Positions 1 through 11,383 of a stretch of DNA of 64,000 nucleotides are shown piece after piece. Every line of letters starts with the position of its first letter. Position 1 is the first letter of the stretch. The stretch lies in NCBI RefSeq assembly GCF_006345805.1, contig NC_043004.1:58032001-58096000 (forward strand), read 5' to 3'. The position numbers and the translations under genes are program-made. The DNA comes from Octopus sinensis (taxonomy: Eukaryota). The notes beneath the pieces were generated by a model. That model made no database searches. It had not been told where the DNA came from and worked only from the letters and a program-made list of their open reading frames with translations.

Positions 1-487
1 TCACTCGGGAAATTTTCTCATTCTAAATTAAATTTTTTTCAAAATAACAGAAGGCTACAAAATATCCATGCATACGTGAATTTTAAAAGTTAATTACAAG
101 TTTAATGAATGTATAAAGGGACGTAACTTAAACAACCTATAGTAATAATGAAGTTACTTCCCTTCCAAAATAATTTGCATTTAGAATAGTTTCAGATAAT
201 TTCGTTAACAGAAAGTTGTAGAACGATAATAAAGAAGTATAAATTAAATTAGACATTCTCTTATAATCCAGAACGGTATTCTGTGAGGAATTTCTTTTCT
301 ATTATCAACAACAATTTCCCTAATAAGACCGAAACTTTATATCCTCGTAACCCATAATTTTATTTGAGTTTATTTATTTAATTTGGCGAGAGCACCTGCA
401 TTAATAATTAACTAACAGTAACAGACGAAAAGAGTATACGTTGAGCCTTAAGAGAAGTCATCATCAAAGAAGACCCGTTAATAATAA

Positions 488-922
488 AGGCGTCTGGCGA
501 TGGACTTGGTAAACACCCACAAAGTTATCAACCACCTCACCAACAACAACACTGAACACCTTTATGATCTCCATGTGTCCAACACACGTGGACATGCCTA
601 CAAAGTCAGAAAACAGCACAGCTCCCATGACTTTCGGAAACATTTTTTCACGCTCAGAGTTGCTGAAGCATGGAACAAACTGCCTGCATCAGTTGTTGAC
701 TGCCATGTCACTGCATCCTTTAAGGCCCTCATGCTTTCCGAAATCCGCCGAAACTACACCTGATTGTCCCCCTTCCATACTCATACACATATGTGTATGT
801 CATGACTCATGCACTGTTCTTTTCCTGACGCTTGTACGTTACCCTATGTACTATACATACACTTTAGATGAGTTGTAGTGCACCTGAGCACTGTACACAA
901 TGTTTTATTATTATTATTATAA
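488..922 (+). mobile_element. 5'-truncated CR1-group LINE 3' end (ORF2 C-terminus, 3'UTR, (TTA)n tail)
   Basis: ORF 500-763 reads RRLAMDL...TRGHAYK...RKHFFTLRVAEAWNKLP..VV.....FK, the typical CR1/L2-group ORF2 C-terminus; it ends in (TTA)n at about 904-921. Confidence 0.85.
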
Positions 923-1463
923 TGAATGTCAAGCCGATGACTTGGGGTGATCCTCACAATAATTCTTATCGCGTGAGATATGAATAAACAAATGAGTTCA
1001 AATACACTATGGTATTCTAGTAATTATTGCTGGGTCCCTAGCTTAGGTATCTGTTAGTCACAAATATTATTTACATTTAGAATTGTGTACATTTTTGTTA
1101 CTAACTTCCATGATATCAGAAGCAATACAAGTATTACATAATAGTGATTGCTTTGTTTTGTACTATCATCTTAAACTGATAAATACGGGGCGAAGTAATT
1201 TTACAGCGAGATGATATAACAATAATGCATATGAGTATAAGTTTTATATGAGTTGTTAATTCATTACACATGGTCATTTACAGAAGGTTTAAAACTGAAG
1301 TAACAAAATATTATACTTTGCTGGGGTCCCATGTGTTATGTAATAGGTTCATGCTAAACAACAAACACACACATTTATGTATGTAAACAGTATGTATGTA
1401 TAAACATATATGTATATGTGTGTGTATGACACATGACTATACGCTATCTATATTTGTATATAT

Positions 1464-1676
1464 CAGTGCTTTTCAACCTTTTTGCTGGAGCGGAACCCCA
1501 AGGAAACATTCCACTGGCTCGAGGAACCCCTGTGCAATAATTTGTCTTATGCACACATATCTGCACAGGAGAATTAAAAATTAGTCGATTTTAGCATTTT
1601 TGTAACTTCTTGCAGAACTCCTGGACTGTACTGGCAGAACCCTAAGGTTCCACGGAACCCTGGTTGAAAACCACTG
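1464..1676. mobile_element. hAT (Charlie-type) MITE
   Basis: TIRs CAGTGCTTTTCAACC / GGTTGAAAACCACTG (15 bp, 1 mismatch); perfect 8-bp TSD GTATATAT at 1456-1463 and 1677-1684. Confidence 0.9.
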
Positions 1677-1899
1677 GTATATATACATGTATAAGTGTAT
1701 ATGTGTGTGTCTATCAATATATATATATGTGTGTGTGTGTGTGTACTTATATTCATGCATATATGCATAGACATACATACATATATACCACATGTGTGAG
1801 TGTATGTGTATATATATTCAGAGTAATAAAGTTAATGTCTGGTTATAGTGACTAATGGTTACGCATCCACGAATGCTGTAGCTTTATGGATAACACATC

Positions 1900-2005
1900 A
1901 AATTCAAGTCCAAAGACCTCAAGCAACAGTTTCAAATAGACCTCATTGGAAGGTGCTGGAATATTCTTTATAGAATAACCAATATCATAACATTCTATGT
2001 TCTCT
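1900..2005 (-). mobile_element. Penelope-like element N-terminal ORF relic
   Basis: Minus-strand translation IGYSIKNIPAPSNEVYLKLLLE resembles the GYSxKNIPxP..Y.K.L motif recalled from the start of Penelope-like ORFs. Confidence 0.5.
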
Positions 2006-2027
2006 GAGAGGTTGTGGCCATCATGAA

Positions 2028-2680
2028 TCATCATCATCATTTAACGTCTGTTTTCCATGCGGGCGTGGGTGCTTTATACATGGCACCAGTGACACTAGCA
2101 CCTATTTCTTTATAACCCACAAGGGGCTAAACACAGAGGGGGCAAGCAAGGACAGACAAAGGGATTAAGTCGATTACATCGACCCCAGTGCGTAACTGGT
2201 ACTTAATTTATCGACCCCGAAAGGATGAAAGGCAAAGTCGACCTCGGTGGAATTTGAACTCAGAACGTAACGACAGACAAAATACCTATTTCTTTAATAC
2301 CCACAAGGGGCTAAACACAGAGAACACAAACAAGGACAGACAAATGGATTAAGTCGATTACATCGACCCCAGTGCGTAACTGGTACTTAATTTATCGACC
2401 CCAAAAGGATGAAAGGCAAAGTCGACCTCGGTGGAATTTGAACTCACAACGTAACGACAGACGAAATACTGCAAAGCATTTCGCCTGACGTGCTAACGAT
2501 TCTGCCAGCTCGCCAAGCCTACAAGATAAGGGATGCTCAGCTGGAGAGCGGGGTTGCTGGGGATGAGCCTGTTTGCAAGGGTAACCACATTTATACTTAG
2601 CTTGACATGTCTTTCCAAGTACAGCAGATCATTAGGAGTCTCAGTCCTCTCTCATCCCCCTTGTGAAATGCAACGTCTAT
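2028..2680 (-). mobile_element. Old RTE LINE 3' end interrupted by a SINE
   Basis: (CAT)n-TTAACGTCTGTTTTCCATGC tail at 2028-2060; 2590-2675 resembles the RTE ORF end at 13530-13615. Confidence 0.55.
2101..2514 (-). mobile_element. SINE family A (tRNA head, Deu/Nin-like core), tandem dimer
   Basis: Head GGCGAGCTGGCAGAATCGTTAGCA, B-box-like GAGTTCAAATTCC, core GCCTTTCATCCTTTCGGGGTCGATAAATTAAGTACCAG; a 184-bp body+tail unit occurs twice (starts at 2101 and 2285). Confidence 0.9.
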
Positions 2681-2684
2681 ATGT

Positions 2685-2981
2685 TGTTTTTGTTGTTGTT
2701 TGTTCCTTCTCGAGCCATGCCTGGCTCATAGGACCGGTTTCCCAGTTTCCTTAGCAGGATGTCGGTCCATCGCAGGTGAGCTGCATGATGCAGGAGGAAA
2801 GAGTGAGAGAAAGAAAGTTGTGGCAAAAGAGTCAGCAGAAGTTTTGTCATTACCTTCTGCTGGAGCCACATGGAGCTTAGGTGTTTTGCTCATAAACACA
2901 CACGTTACCCGGTGTGAGATTCGAACCCGCAATTCCTGGACCACGAGTCCGCTGCTCTAACCACTCGGACATGTGCCTCCA
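2685..2981 (-). mobile_element. tRNA(Arg-like)-headed SINE, family C head with alternative tail and (CAA)n end
   Basis: Head GGAGGCACATGTCCGAGTGGTTAGAGCAGCGGACTCG...GGGTTCGAATCTC is shared with 33779-34171, but the 3' half differs. Confidence 0.75.
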
Positions 2982-2988
2982 AAACGTC

Positions 2989-3019
<31 letters not shown>

Positions 3020-3020
3020 G

Positions 3021-3080
<60 letters not shown>

Positions 3081-3198
3081 TATATATGTGTGTGTATGTG
3101 TGTGTGTGTGTGTGTATGAGAGATAGATAGATAGATATACATATGTGTGGTAGATATTCATATGTATTTAGATATACTGAACCATCATAGTCTCAAAC

Positions 3199-3805
3199 AA
3201 GAATGTAAATATATTCTTTCTGTGCTACTTATGTGCAAGAAAAAGTCTGTTGATGTCTCCTAACAGACTCTTGTGGTTTGTTGAAGAAAACATATCCAGC
3301 TTTTTTTCCCCATTCAATAACATGAGTCACTTGCATATAAAACATTTATAAATTTAAATAGTAATACGGTGGCTATCCAAATTTGCATATTTATACTTTT
3401 AACAGCTTTTCATTAATTAAACACTGTTTTATGCACAACACAGCATAAATCAGAAGAACTGAAATAAATTTAAAAGTTACAAAGTTTCACTGTGTCTTAA
3501 ATAAGAATGTAAGTACATTCTTATGCTACTGATGTGTGGAAAATATTGGGAAGATGTCCCTTAATGAACTGTTTGTTGATCATTGGTTTGTTGATCACTC
3601 TTCAGAGAAGACACATCCAGGTTCCTTCTGGTCAACTGCATTATAAAATAGTTATAAATTAAGCTAGGACCATGATGGGTAGCCCAATTTGCATATTTGT
3701 ATTTTTAACTGCTCTTCATTATTAAGCAATAACTACTTTATAACCACAAGGTGTCAATCAGAAAAAATAAAATTTAAGTATTACACAGCCTTCCTGTCTG
3801 TTAAA
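3199..3805. repeat. Ancient tandem duplication (two units of about 305 bp)
   Basis: Collinear blocks AAGAATGTAA..ATTCTT, GGTTTGTTGA, CATCCAG/TATCCAG, AATTTGCATATTT, TTTTAAC and AATCAGAA in both 3199-3502 and 3503-3805. Confidence 0.7.
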
Positions 3806-3847
3806 CACATGCATATACATGCATGTGTAAGTATACAAATATATATA

Positions 3848-4180
3848 TGCGTGGCATCTTGGGCAAGTGTCTTCTACTATAGCCTTGGGCCAACCAAAGC
3901 CTTGTGAGTGGATTTGGTAGACGGAAACTGAAAGAAGCCCGTTGTATATATGTATATATATATGTGTGTGTGTGTGTCTGTGTTTGTCCCCCTAGCATTG
4001 TTTGACAACCGATGCTGGTGTGTTTACGTCCCCGTCACTTAGCGGTTCAGCAAAAGAGACCGATAGAATAAGTACTGGGCTTACAAAGAATAAGTCCCGG
4101 GGTTGATTTGCTCGACTAAAGGCAGTGCTCCAGCATGGCCGCAGTCAAATGACTGAAACAAGTAAAAGAGTAAAAGAGTA
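3848..4180 (+). mobile_element. SINE family B (tRNA/CORE-like head, internal microsatellite), 5'-truncated
   Basis: TTGGGCAAGTGTCTT core, internal (TA)(TG) tract, tail CTCCAGCATGGCCGCAGTCAAATGACTGAAAC(AAGTAAAAGAG)n. Confidence 0.9.
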
Positions 4181-4789
4181 TATATATATATATATATATA
4201 TAAAGTGGAGGATAATTATAATATAAACTACCACCTAGTTAGCATTTCGTGTCGGAACCTGGTTAGCATGGAAACATTTGTTAAACTTCAGTTGATTATA
4301 TAATTGGAGCACTTCGCAAATCCATTATAAATTTATCTTGTATTGCATGATTACTTCATAAGTTGATTGTATATATATTTATATAAGTATATATGTGTGT
4401 GTATATGCATGTGTGTGTGTGCATATGTGCCTGTGTTTGTGTATGTGTGTCTATGTGTGTGTCTATATATATACATTTATATATAAATACACATGCAAAT
4501 AGGCGGGCAGACAGACAAACTGACATTAAAAACATGATTAAATTCAAAATAGATCTTTATTAAAAAACTTTCATTACGATTTTAATTTGCACATAAAACT
4601 GTGAATGTCTCAAACCTCAGACTAATGGCTTTAGGACAAACCTTATGTAAAGGATTGATAAGTGAATATGAAAATTTGAGAAACAATTTAAATTTTAACA
4701 TATTCATGTTTCTAACTTAACTTGTTTGAAAGAAAAGTTCTTTGTTTACACACATACACACGAGCATGGATAGATGCATATGTGTATGG

Positions 4790-5366
4790 GTGAGTGTACC
4801 TATGTGACTACATGATTGAGAAGATTACTTCCCAACCATATGGTCTTCGGTTCAGTCCCACAGCATGGCACCTTAGGCAAGTATCTTCTGCTCTAGCTTC
4901 AGGCCAACCAAAGCCTTGCTAGTGGATTGGATTTGTTAGACAGAAACCGAAAGTAGGATGTAACATATGTGTATGTGCATGTGTGTATGTGCATGTGTGT
5001 ATGTGCATGTGTGTATGTGCATGTGTGTATGTGCATGTGTGTATGTGCATGTGTGTATGTGCATGTGTGTATGTGCATGTGTGTATGTGCATGTGTGTAT
5101 GTGCATATGTGTATGTGCATATGTGTATGTGCATGTGTGTATGTGCATGTGTGTATGTGCATGTGTGTATGTGCATGTGTCTGTGTAAACACTACATGAC
5201 TAGTGTAAATTCACTACCTCATCATGCAATCTTCTGTGAAAGTATGTTTAACCATGGGAAAATATTAACCTGATGACAGGAAGAGCATCCAACCATAGAG
5301 AACTTGCCTCATCAAATTCTATCTGATTCATGCAAGCATGGAAAAGTGGACATTAAATGATGATGG
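4790..5366 (+). mobile_element. Old SINE with family-B head and RTE-type tail
   Basis: Family-B-like head at 4800-4960, internal minisatellite, then AGGAAGAGCATCC...GGAAAAGTGGACATTAAATGATGATG matching the RTE 3' end. Confidence 0.6.
4967..5180. repeat. 14-bp minisatellite (GTGTGTATGTGCAT)n, about 15 copies
   Basis: Direct reading of near-perfect tandem units. Confidence 0.95.
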
Positions 5367-5502
5367 CAGGTACATGTAAATTAATGCAACATATCTGAAT
5401 ATGGGTTCTTCCTCACCTGATTATACATTATATACCACTACATGTCATGTAGATTAAACACCAGGTTACAAGTTGTGTGTATATATATATATACATATAT
5501 AT

Positions 5503-5668
5503 AGGCGCAGGAGTGGCTGTGTGGTAAGTAGTTTGCTAACCAATCACATGGTTCTGGGTTCAGTCCCACTGCGTGGCATCTTGGGCAAATGTCTTCTGCT
5601 ATAGCCCCGGGCCGACCAAAGCCTTGTGAGTGGATTTGGTAGACGGAAACTGAAATAAGCCTGTCGTA

Positions 5669-5709
<41 letters not shown>

Positions 5710-5919
5710 GTGTGTGTGTATTTGTCCCCCCAACATCGCTTCACAACCGATGCTGGTGTGTTTACGTCCCCATAACTTAGCAGTTCGGCAAAAAAGACTG
5801 ATAGAATAAGTACTAGGCTTACAAAGAATAAGTCCTGGAGTCGATTTGCTCGACTAAAGGCGGTGCTCTAGCATGGCCACAGTCAAATGACTGAAACAAG
5901 TAAAAGAGTAAAAAGAGTA
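5503..5919 (+). mobile_element. SINE family B, full length
   Basis: Head AGGCGCAGGAGTGGCTGTGTGGTAAG...GGGTTCAGTCCC, internal microsatellite, conserved tail; sits in (TA)n. Confidence 0.92.
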
Positions 5920-5958
5920 ATATATATATATATCAATTGTCACTAATATATATATATA

Positions 5959-6129
5959 GCTTACAGTCATATTGCATTGAATGCACCAGTCCACATTTGA
6001 TCACTGAAGTTAAGCAATGCCAAGCCTAATTAGCAGTTGGATGGGTGACCTAGGTACTGTTAACATCTCACTTTTATTAGCAGTACAGTACCCCAGCATA
6101 GCTGCAACCCTTAAGCTAAAACAAGAAAA
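5959..6129 (+). mobile_element. 5S rRNA-derived SINE (SINE3-type), degenerate
   Basis: GCTTACAGTCATA...GAAGTTAAGCAA...GCCTAATTAGCAGTTGGATGGGTGACC aligns by eye to 5S rRNA including the A/IE/C promoter region; followed by a CCCCAGCATAGCTGCAAC...AAAC tail. Confidence 0.75.
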
Positions 6130-6372
6130 TTTGTATGTCTGTGAGGGTATGTACAATGTATACATTTCATCCTGTAAATAATGTGTTTTTATGACACCTC
6201 TCTCATTCATTCATATTCTCTTGACGTAGGCCACTGGTAAAATAGCCCAGCAAGTGGTTGTAAATCCATGATCAATTATATTTCTATGGTAAACTTCTTT
6301 AAATCTTCACAACATGGGAAAACAAATTGATGATGGTGATGATGATGATGATGATGACATCTACTTCATATT

Positions 6373-6373
<1 letters not shown>

Positions 6374-6415
<42 letters not shown>

Positions 6416-6748
6416 CATTGTGTACAGTGCTCAGGTGCACTACAACTCATCTAAAGTGTATGTATAGTACATAGGGTAACGTACAAGTGTCAGGAAAAGA
6501 ACAGTGCATGAGTCATGACATACACATATGTGTATGAGTATGGAAGGGGGACAATCAGGTGTAGTTTCGGCGGATTTCGGAAAGCATGAGGGCCTAAAAG
6601 GATGCAGTGACATGGCAGTCAACAACTGACGCAGGCAGTTTGTTCCATGCTTCAGCAACTCTGAGCGTGAAAAAATGTTTCCGAAAGTCATGGGAGCTGT
6701 GCTGTTTTCTGACTTTGTAGGCATGCCCACATGTGTTAGACACATGGA
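6374..6748 (-). mobile_element. CR1-group LINE 3' end, near-identical inverted copy of 570-922
   Basis: Reverse complement matches the first copy with few substitutions; (TAA)n tail at 6374-6413. Confidence 0.9.
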
Positions 6749-7319
6749 CAGTAAGATACTTTGATAATAAGATACTTTGATCTACATGTCTAAGTTCACA
6801 TCATCTTCAGTGACAGCCACAAGTACAGGACTGATACTTTATTTGTTAACTCATTAAAGGATGAATGGCAAAATTGATTTTGATGATATTTGAACTTAGA
6901 GCAGAGAACACTAAACTGATTACAGCAAAGCCTCCTAAACAACTCCCCCCTGTCTGATTCCCTTGTATGTGTGTATGAGTATATCTGTGTACACATTAAT
7001 ACACGTGTGCGCATACACAAGATCATACACTCTCGCAGTTTCCTTCATACTTTCTGTTCCTCACTTTTTCATACACACATGTGCACATACAATACACACA
7101 CACACACGTGCGCGTGCAGCACACACATACCCACACACCCATATACATGAATGAATGCATTGAAGCCAATTTGGAGGAAAAAAAACAATTATTGACCATT
7201 GAGAAAACATTGATTAATTCTCCGACATTCACAATCAACATATTGATGATGTTGGGTTGTGGTAGATAGTGCTGTAACTACCACAGTTTTTGTATCTACT
7301 GAAACTGATATTCTGCTGC

Positions 7320-7780
7320 AGCAGAGGCAGAAGTAATAGTAGCAGTAGCAGCAACAGTGGTTGTAGTTGTAGTGGTGGTGGCAGAGTGTTACTATAGCGC
7401 TGACAGTAATGGTGGTGGAAATGGTAATGGTGGTGGTGATGATGGTTGTGGTAATAGTAGCACCTGTGGTGGTGGTGGTCGTCGTCGTCATCGTCATTGT
7501 ATTAGTAGTTGTAGTAGCAGCAGCAGTAATAGTAGTAGTAGTAGTAGTAGTTAGTGTTGTTGGTACTGTTGCAATCATCAAACAATAATTGGATAAAGAA
7601 AGATTAAACTGCTACTACTACTACTACTACCGCCGCCACCACAAGTAATACTACTACTACTACTGTTGCAACTATACCGCCAGTACCACCACCACAGATA
7701 CTGTTACTACCACCATGGTTAATGTTGCTGCTGCTGCTACTGCTATTATTACTACTACTACTACTACTACTACTACTATG
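7320..7780. repeat. Compound degenerate trinucleotide tract (GTA/GTG/CAG then CTA/CCA)
   Basis: Direct reading. Confidence 0.85.
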
Positions 7781-7973
7781 GGCATGTTGGATGTTTGAGC
7801 TAATTGTATACTGATTAGAATGCCTTGCGATATAAATTAGTCCCTTTAAAAATTTTTTTTTTTGTGAGTATGTATTCTGAGTTCAAATCCCACTATGATC
7901 AAGACTGTTTTCCATCACTCCAAGGTCAATATAATACAATGCCAGTAACAAACTGACTGAGTTGATACTTTGA

Positions 7974-8987
7974 ATCTCACCAAGGCCACACTGGGTAATC
8001 AATATTAGTATTAAAACTACACTAGAACTGGTGGATTTGAGCTGTATTTCTTTGAGCTGTTTATGGTGTGGTTTCAAATCCTGCCCCTAAAAACTTAGCT
8101 TCTCATCTTTTCAGGATCATTAAAATAAAGTCTCATTAAAATAAAATCTCCCCAAGGCCACACCGGGTAATCAATATTACTATTAAAACTACACTAGAAC
8201 TGGTGGATTTGAGCTGTATTTCTTTGATCTGTTTATGGTGTGGTTTCAAATCCTGCCCCTAAAAACTTAGCTTCTCATCTTTTCAGGATCATTAAAATAA
8301 AGTCTCATTAAAATAAAATCTCCCCAAGGCCACACCGGGTAATCAATATTACTATTAAAACTACACTAGAACTGGTGGATTTGAGCTGTATTTCTTTGAG
8401 CTGTTTATGGTGTGGTTTCAAATCCTGCCCCTAAAAACTTAGCTTCTCATCTTTTCAGGATCATTAAAATAAAGTCTCATTAAAATAAAATCTCCCCAAG
8501 GCCACACCGGGTAATCAATTTACTATTAAAACTACACTAGAATGGTGGATTTGAGCTGTATTTCTTTGATCTGTTTATGGTGTGGTTTCAAATCCTGCCC
8601 CTAAAAACTTAGCTTTCATCTTTTCAGGATCATTAAAATAAAGTCTCATTAAAATAAAATCTCCCCAAGGCCACACCGGGTAATCAATATTACTATTAAA
8701 ACTACACTAGAACTGGTGGATTGAGCTGTATTTCTTTGAGCTGTTTATGGTGTGGTTTCAAATCCTGCCCCTAAAAACTTAGCTTCTCATCTTTTCAGGA
8801 TCATTAAAATAAAGTCTCATTAAAATAAAATCTCCCCAAGGCCACACCGGGTAATCAATATTACTATTAAAACTACACTAGAACTGGTGGATTTGAGCTG
8901 TATTTCTTTGAGCTGTTTATGGTGTGGTTTCAAACCCTGCCCCTAAAAACTTAGCTTCTCATCTTTTCAGGATCATTAAAATAAAGT
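7974..8987. repeat. Tandem array, 172-bp unit, about 5.9 copies
   Basis: CAAGGCCACAC recurs at 7981, 8153, 8325, 8497, 8666 and 8837; units are nearly identical. Confidence 0.97.
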
Positions 8988-9020
8988 ACCAGTCAAGAAC
9001 TAGGTTCAATGTAATTAGAT

Positions 9021-9181
9021 AGGAATGGCTGTGTGGTCAGTAGCTTACTTACAAACCACATGGTTCCAGGTTCAGTCCCACCACTGCATGGCACCTTGGG
9101 CAAGTGTCTTCTACTATAGCCTCAAGCTGATCAAAGCCTTGTGAGTGGATTTGGTAGACGGGAACTGAAAGAAGCCCGTCG

Positions 9182-9215
<34 letters not shown>

Positions 9216-9467
9216 ATATATATGATATATATGTATATGTATGTATGTGTATGTGTTTGTATGTCTGTGTTTGTTCCCCCAACATTGCTTGACAACCAAT
9301 GCTGGTGTGGTTACATCCCTGTAACTTAGCGGTTCAGCAAAAGAGCCCAATAGAATAAGTACTTTAGGCTTACAAAGAATAAGCCTTGGGGTCGATTTGC
9401 TCGACTAAATGTGGTGCTCCAGCATGGCCACAGTCAAATGACTGAAACAAGTAAAAGAGTAAAAGAG
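9021..9467 (+). mobile_element. SINE family B nested in a family A copy
   Basis: Full family-B body; the flanks AATGTAATTAGA / CTAACTCC rejoin as a family-A tail. Confidence 0.88.
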
Positions 9468-9540
9468 CTAACTCCTTTCCCTCAAAAACTGCTGGCTTTG
9501 TGTCCAAATTAAAAGCAATTAGTATTACAGCTTGGCTATA

Positions 9541-10186
9541 AGGTAGTGAGCTGGCAGAATCGTTAGCATCTCACACCAAATGATTAGCAGCATTTCTTAC
9601 AACCCCTTACATTCTGAGTTCAAATACTGTCAAGGTTAACTTTGATCTTCCATTATTTTGAGGGCAATAAAACAAGTACTAGTTGAGCACTGGGGTCAAT
9701 CTGATTGAATATCTCCCTTACACAAAATTTCAGGCCTTCTGCCTATAGTAGAAAGGATTATTACAACTAGAACAGAGTTGGTGAGCTTGTATATTAGTGC
9801 ATCAGAAAAAGTACTAAGTGATATTTCTTCTGACTTTTAATGTTCTGAGCTCAAATTCCACTGAGGTCAACTTTACCTTTCATCCTTTTGAGGTTGATAA
9901 TATAAGTACCAGTTAAGCACTGGGATCATTGTAATCAATTTCCCCACTACTCTAAAATGACTAACCTCATGCTGCCACAATGTAAAACCATTATTGACTA
10001 GGATGGCCATTGGCTTTGCTGAACCATTTTGAGTTCAAATGTTGCTAAAGCCAACTTTGTCTTTCATCCTTTCAGGGTTGATAAAATAAGTTAGCAGTCA
10101 AGTACTGGGGTAAATACAGTTGATTAATCTTCTTCACCCAAATTTCTGGCCAAATACCCAAGTCACAAACAATTATTACAACTAGA
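9541..10186 (+). mobile_element. Head-to-tail cluster of three old family A SINEs
   Basis: GAGTTCAAAT/GAGCTCAAAT B-boxes and TTCATCC..GATAA..AAGTAC cores at about 9615, 9845 and 10030. Confidence 0.8.
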
Positions 10187-10800
10187 GCTTTATCTCCCTT
10201 TTTAGCTCTATCCATTTTACTTTCACTCACTCTTGTATAATGCAAGAAGCTAGGTATTTCCTCTACCACAATGACCCTATTTCCAGATCCTCCTTTAGAC
10301 TCTTAACATAAAGCTGCCCACCTCTTAACTGTAATCACACTCAGTCATAGGAGATGTTAATCTTCCAAGTTACATATTTTATTTTGCTTTTGTTGTGGCA
10401 CCAGCACTAATGAGGATGCCATGTTGCTTGCAAGACTAAGATCTCTGATGACTGTCTGGAGCTACACTATAGTATACTCAGCAACAAAGAGAAAATGAAA
10501 CACACCACAGTCCCTGCAACCTGTTGGATACTGTTAGGCCATCCAGCCATCCAACCATTCAACCCATGTCTGCATGAAAGATAGAGGATAACAGATTATA
10601 AGAATAGTGTGGTGACTGAACTAAGGGAGTTTCAGACTTGATGCCCTCTACTATTTACTTATTTTCTTTTTCACTTATTTATTATTTTCTGCATTTTCTG
10701 CATTCAAATGCTGTCAAAGTAGACATTGATTATTATCCCTTCAGGGCCAAAATATAGAAGTACCAGTTATACATTGTAAATTATTTCAAATAATTGAAAT

Positions 10801-11212
10801 AGGCATATGTGTGGCTGTGTGGTAAGTAGCTTGCTAACCAACCACATGGTTCCACGTTCAGTCCCACTGCATGGCACCTTGGGCAAGTGTCTTCTACTAT
10901 AGCCTCGGGCCGACCAAAGCCTTGTGAGTGGATTTGGTAGACGGAAACTGAAAAAAGCCTGTCGTATATATGTATATATATATGTATGTGTGTGTATGTG
11001 TTTGTGTGTCTGTGTTTGTCCCCCTAGCATTGCTTGACAACTGATGCTGGTGTGTTTACGTCCCCGTCACTTAGCAGTTCGGCAAAAGAGACCGATAGAA
11101 TAAGTACTGGGCTTACAAAGAATAAGCCTTGGGGGTCGATTTGCCCGACTAAAGGCGGTTCTCCAGCATGGCCGCAGTCAAATGACTGAAACAAGTAAAA
11201 GAGTAAAGAGTA
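10801..11212 (+). mobile_element. SINE family B
   Basis: Same head, core and tail as 5503-5919. Confidence 0.92.
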
Positions 11213-11383
11213 ATGATAAAAGCCCATTCATATAGATTTTGAGGTCGTACATCATTCTTAGTAATGAATCTTACTTCCACTACTACTGCTGCTGCTGCTG
11301 CTGCTGCTAGTAAAGCTGTTGCTGACACAGTTGCAACACTAAGTCTACTCTTATTGCATTGTTGTATCTTTTTATTAGTGACA

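Noticed and set aside
7974-8987. CRISPR array
   Set aside because: Units are identical along their whole length with no unique spacers, there are no cas genes, and the context is eukaryotic.
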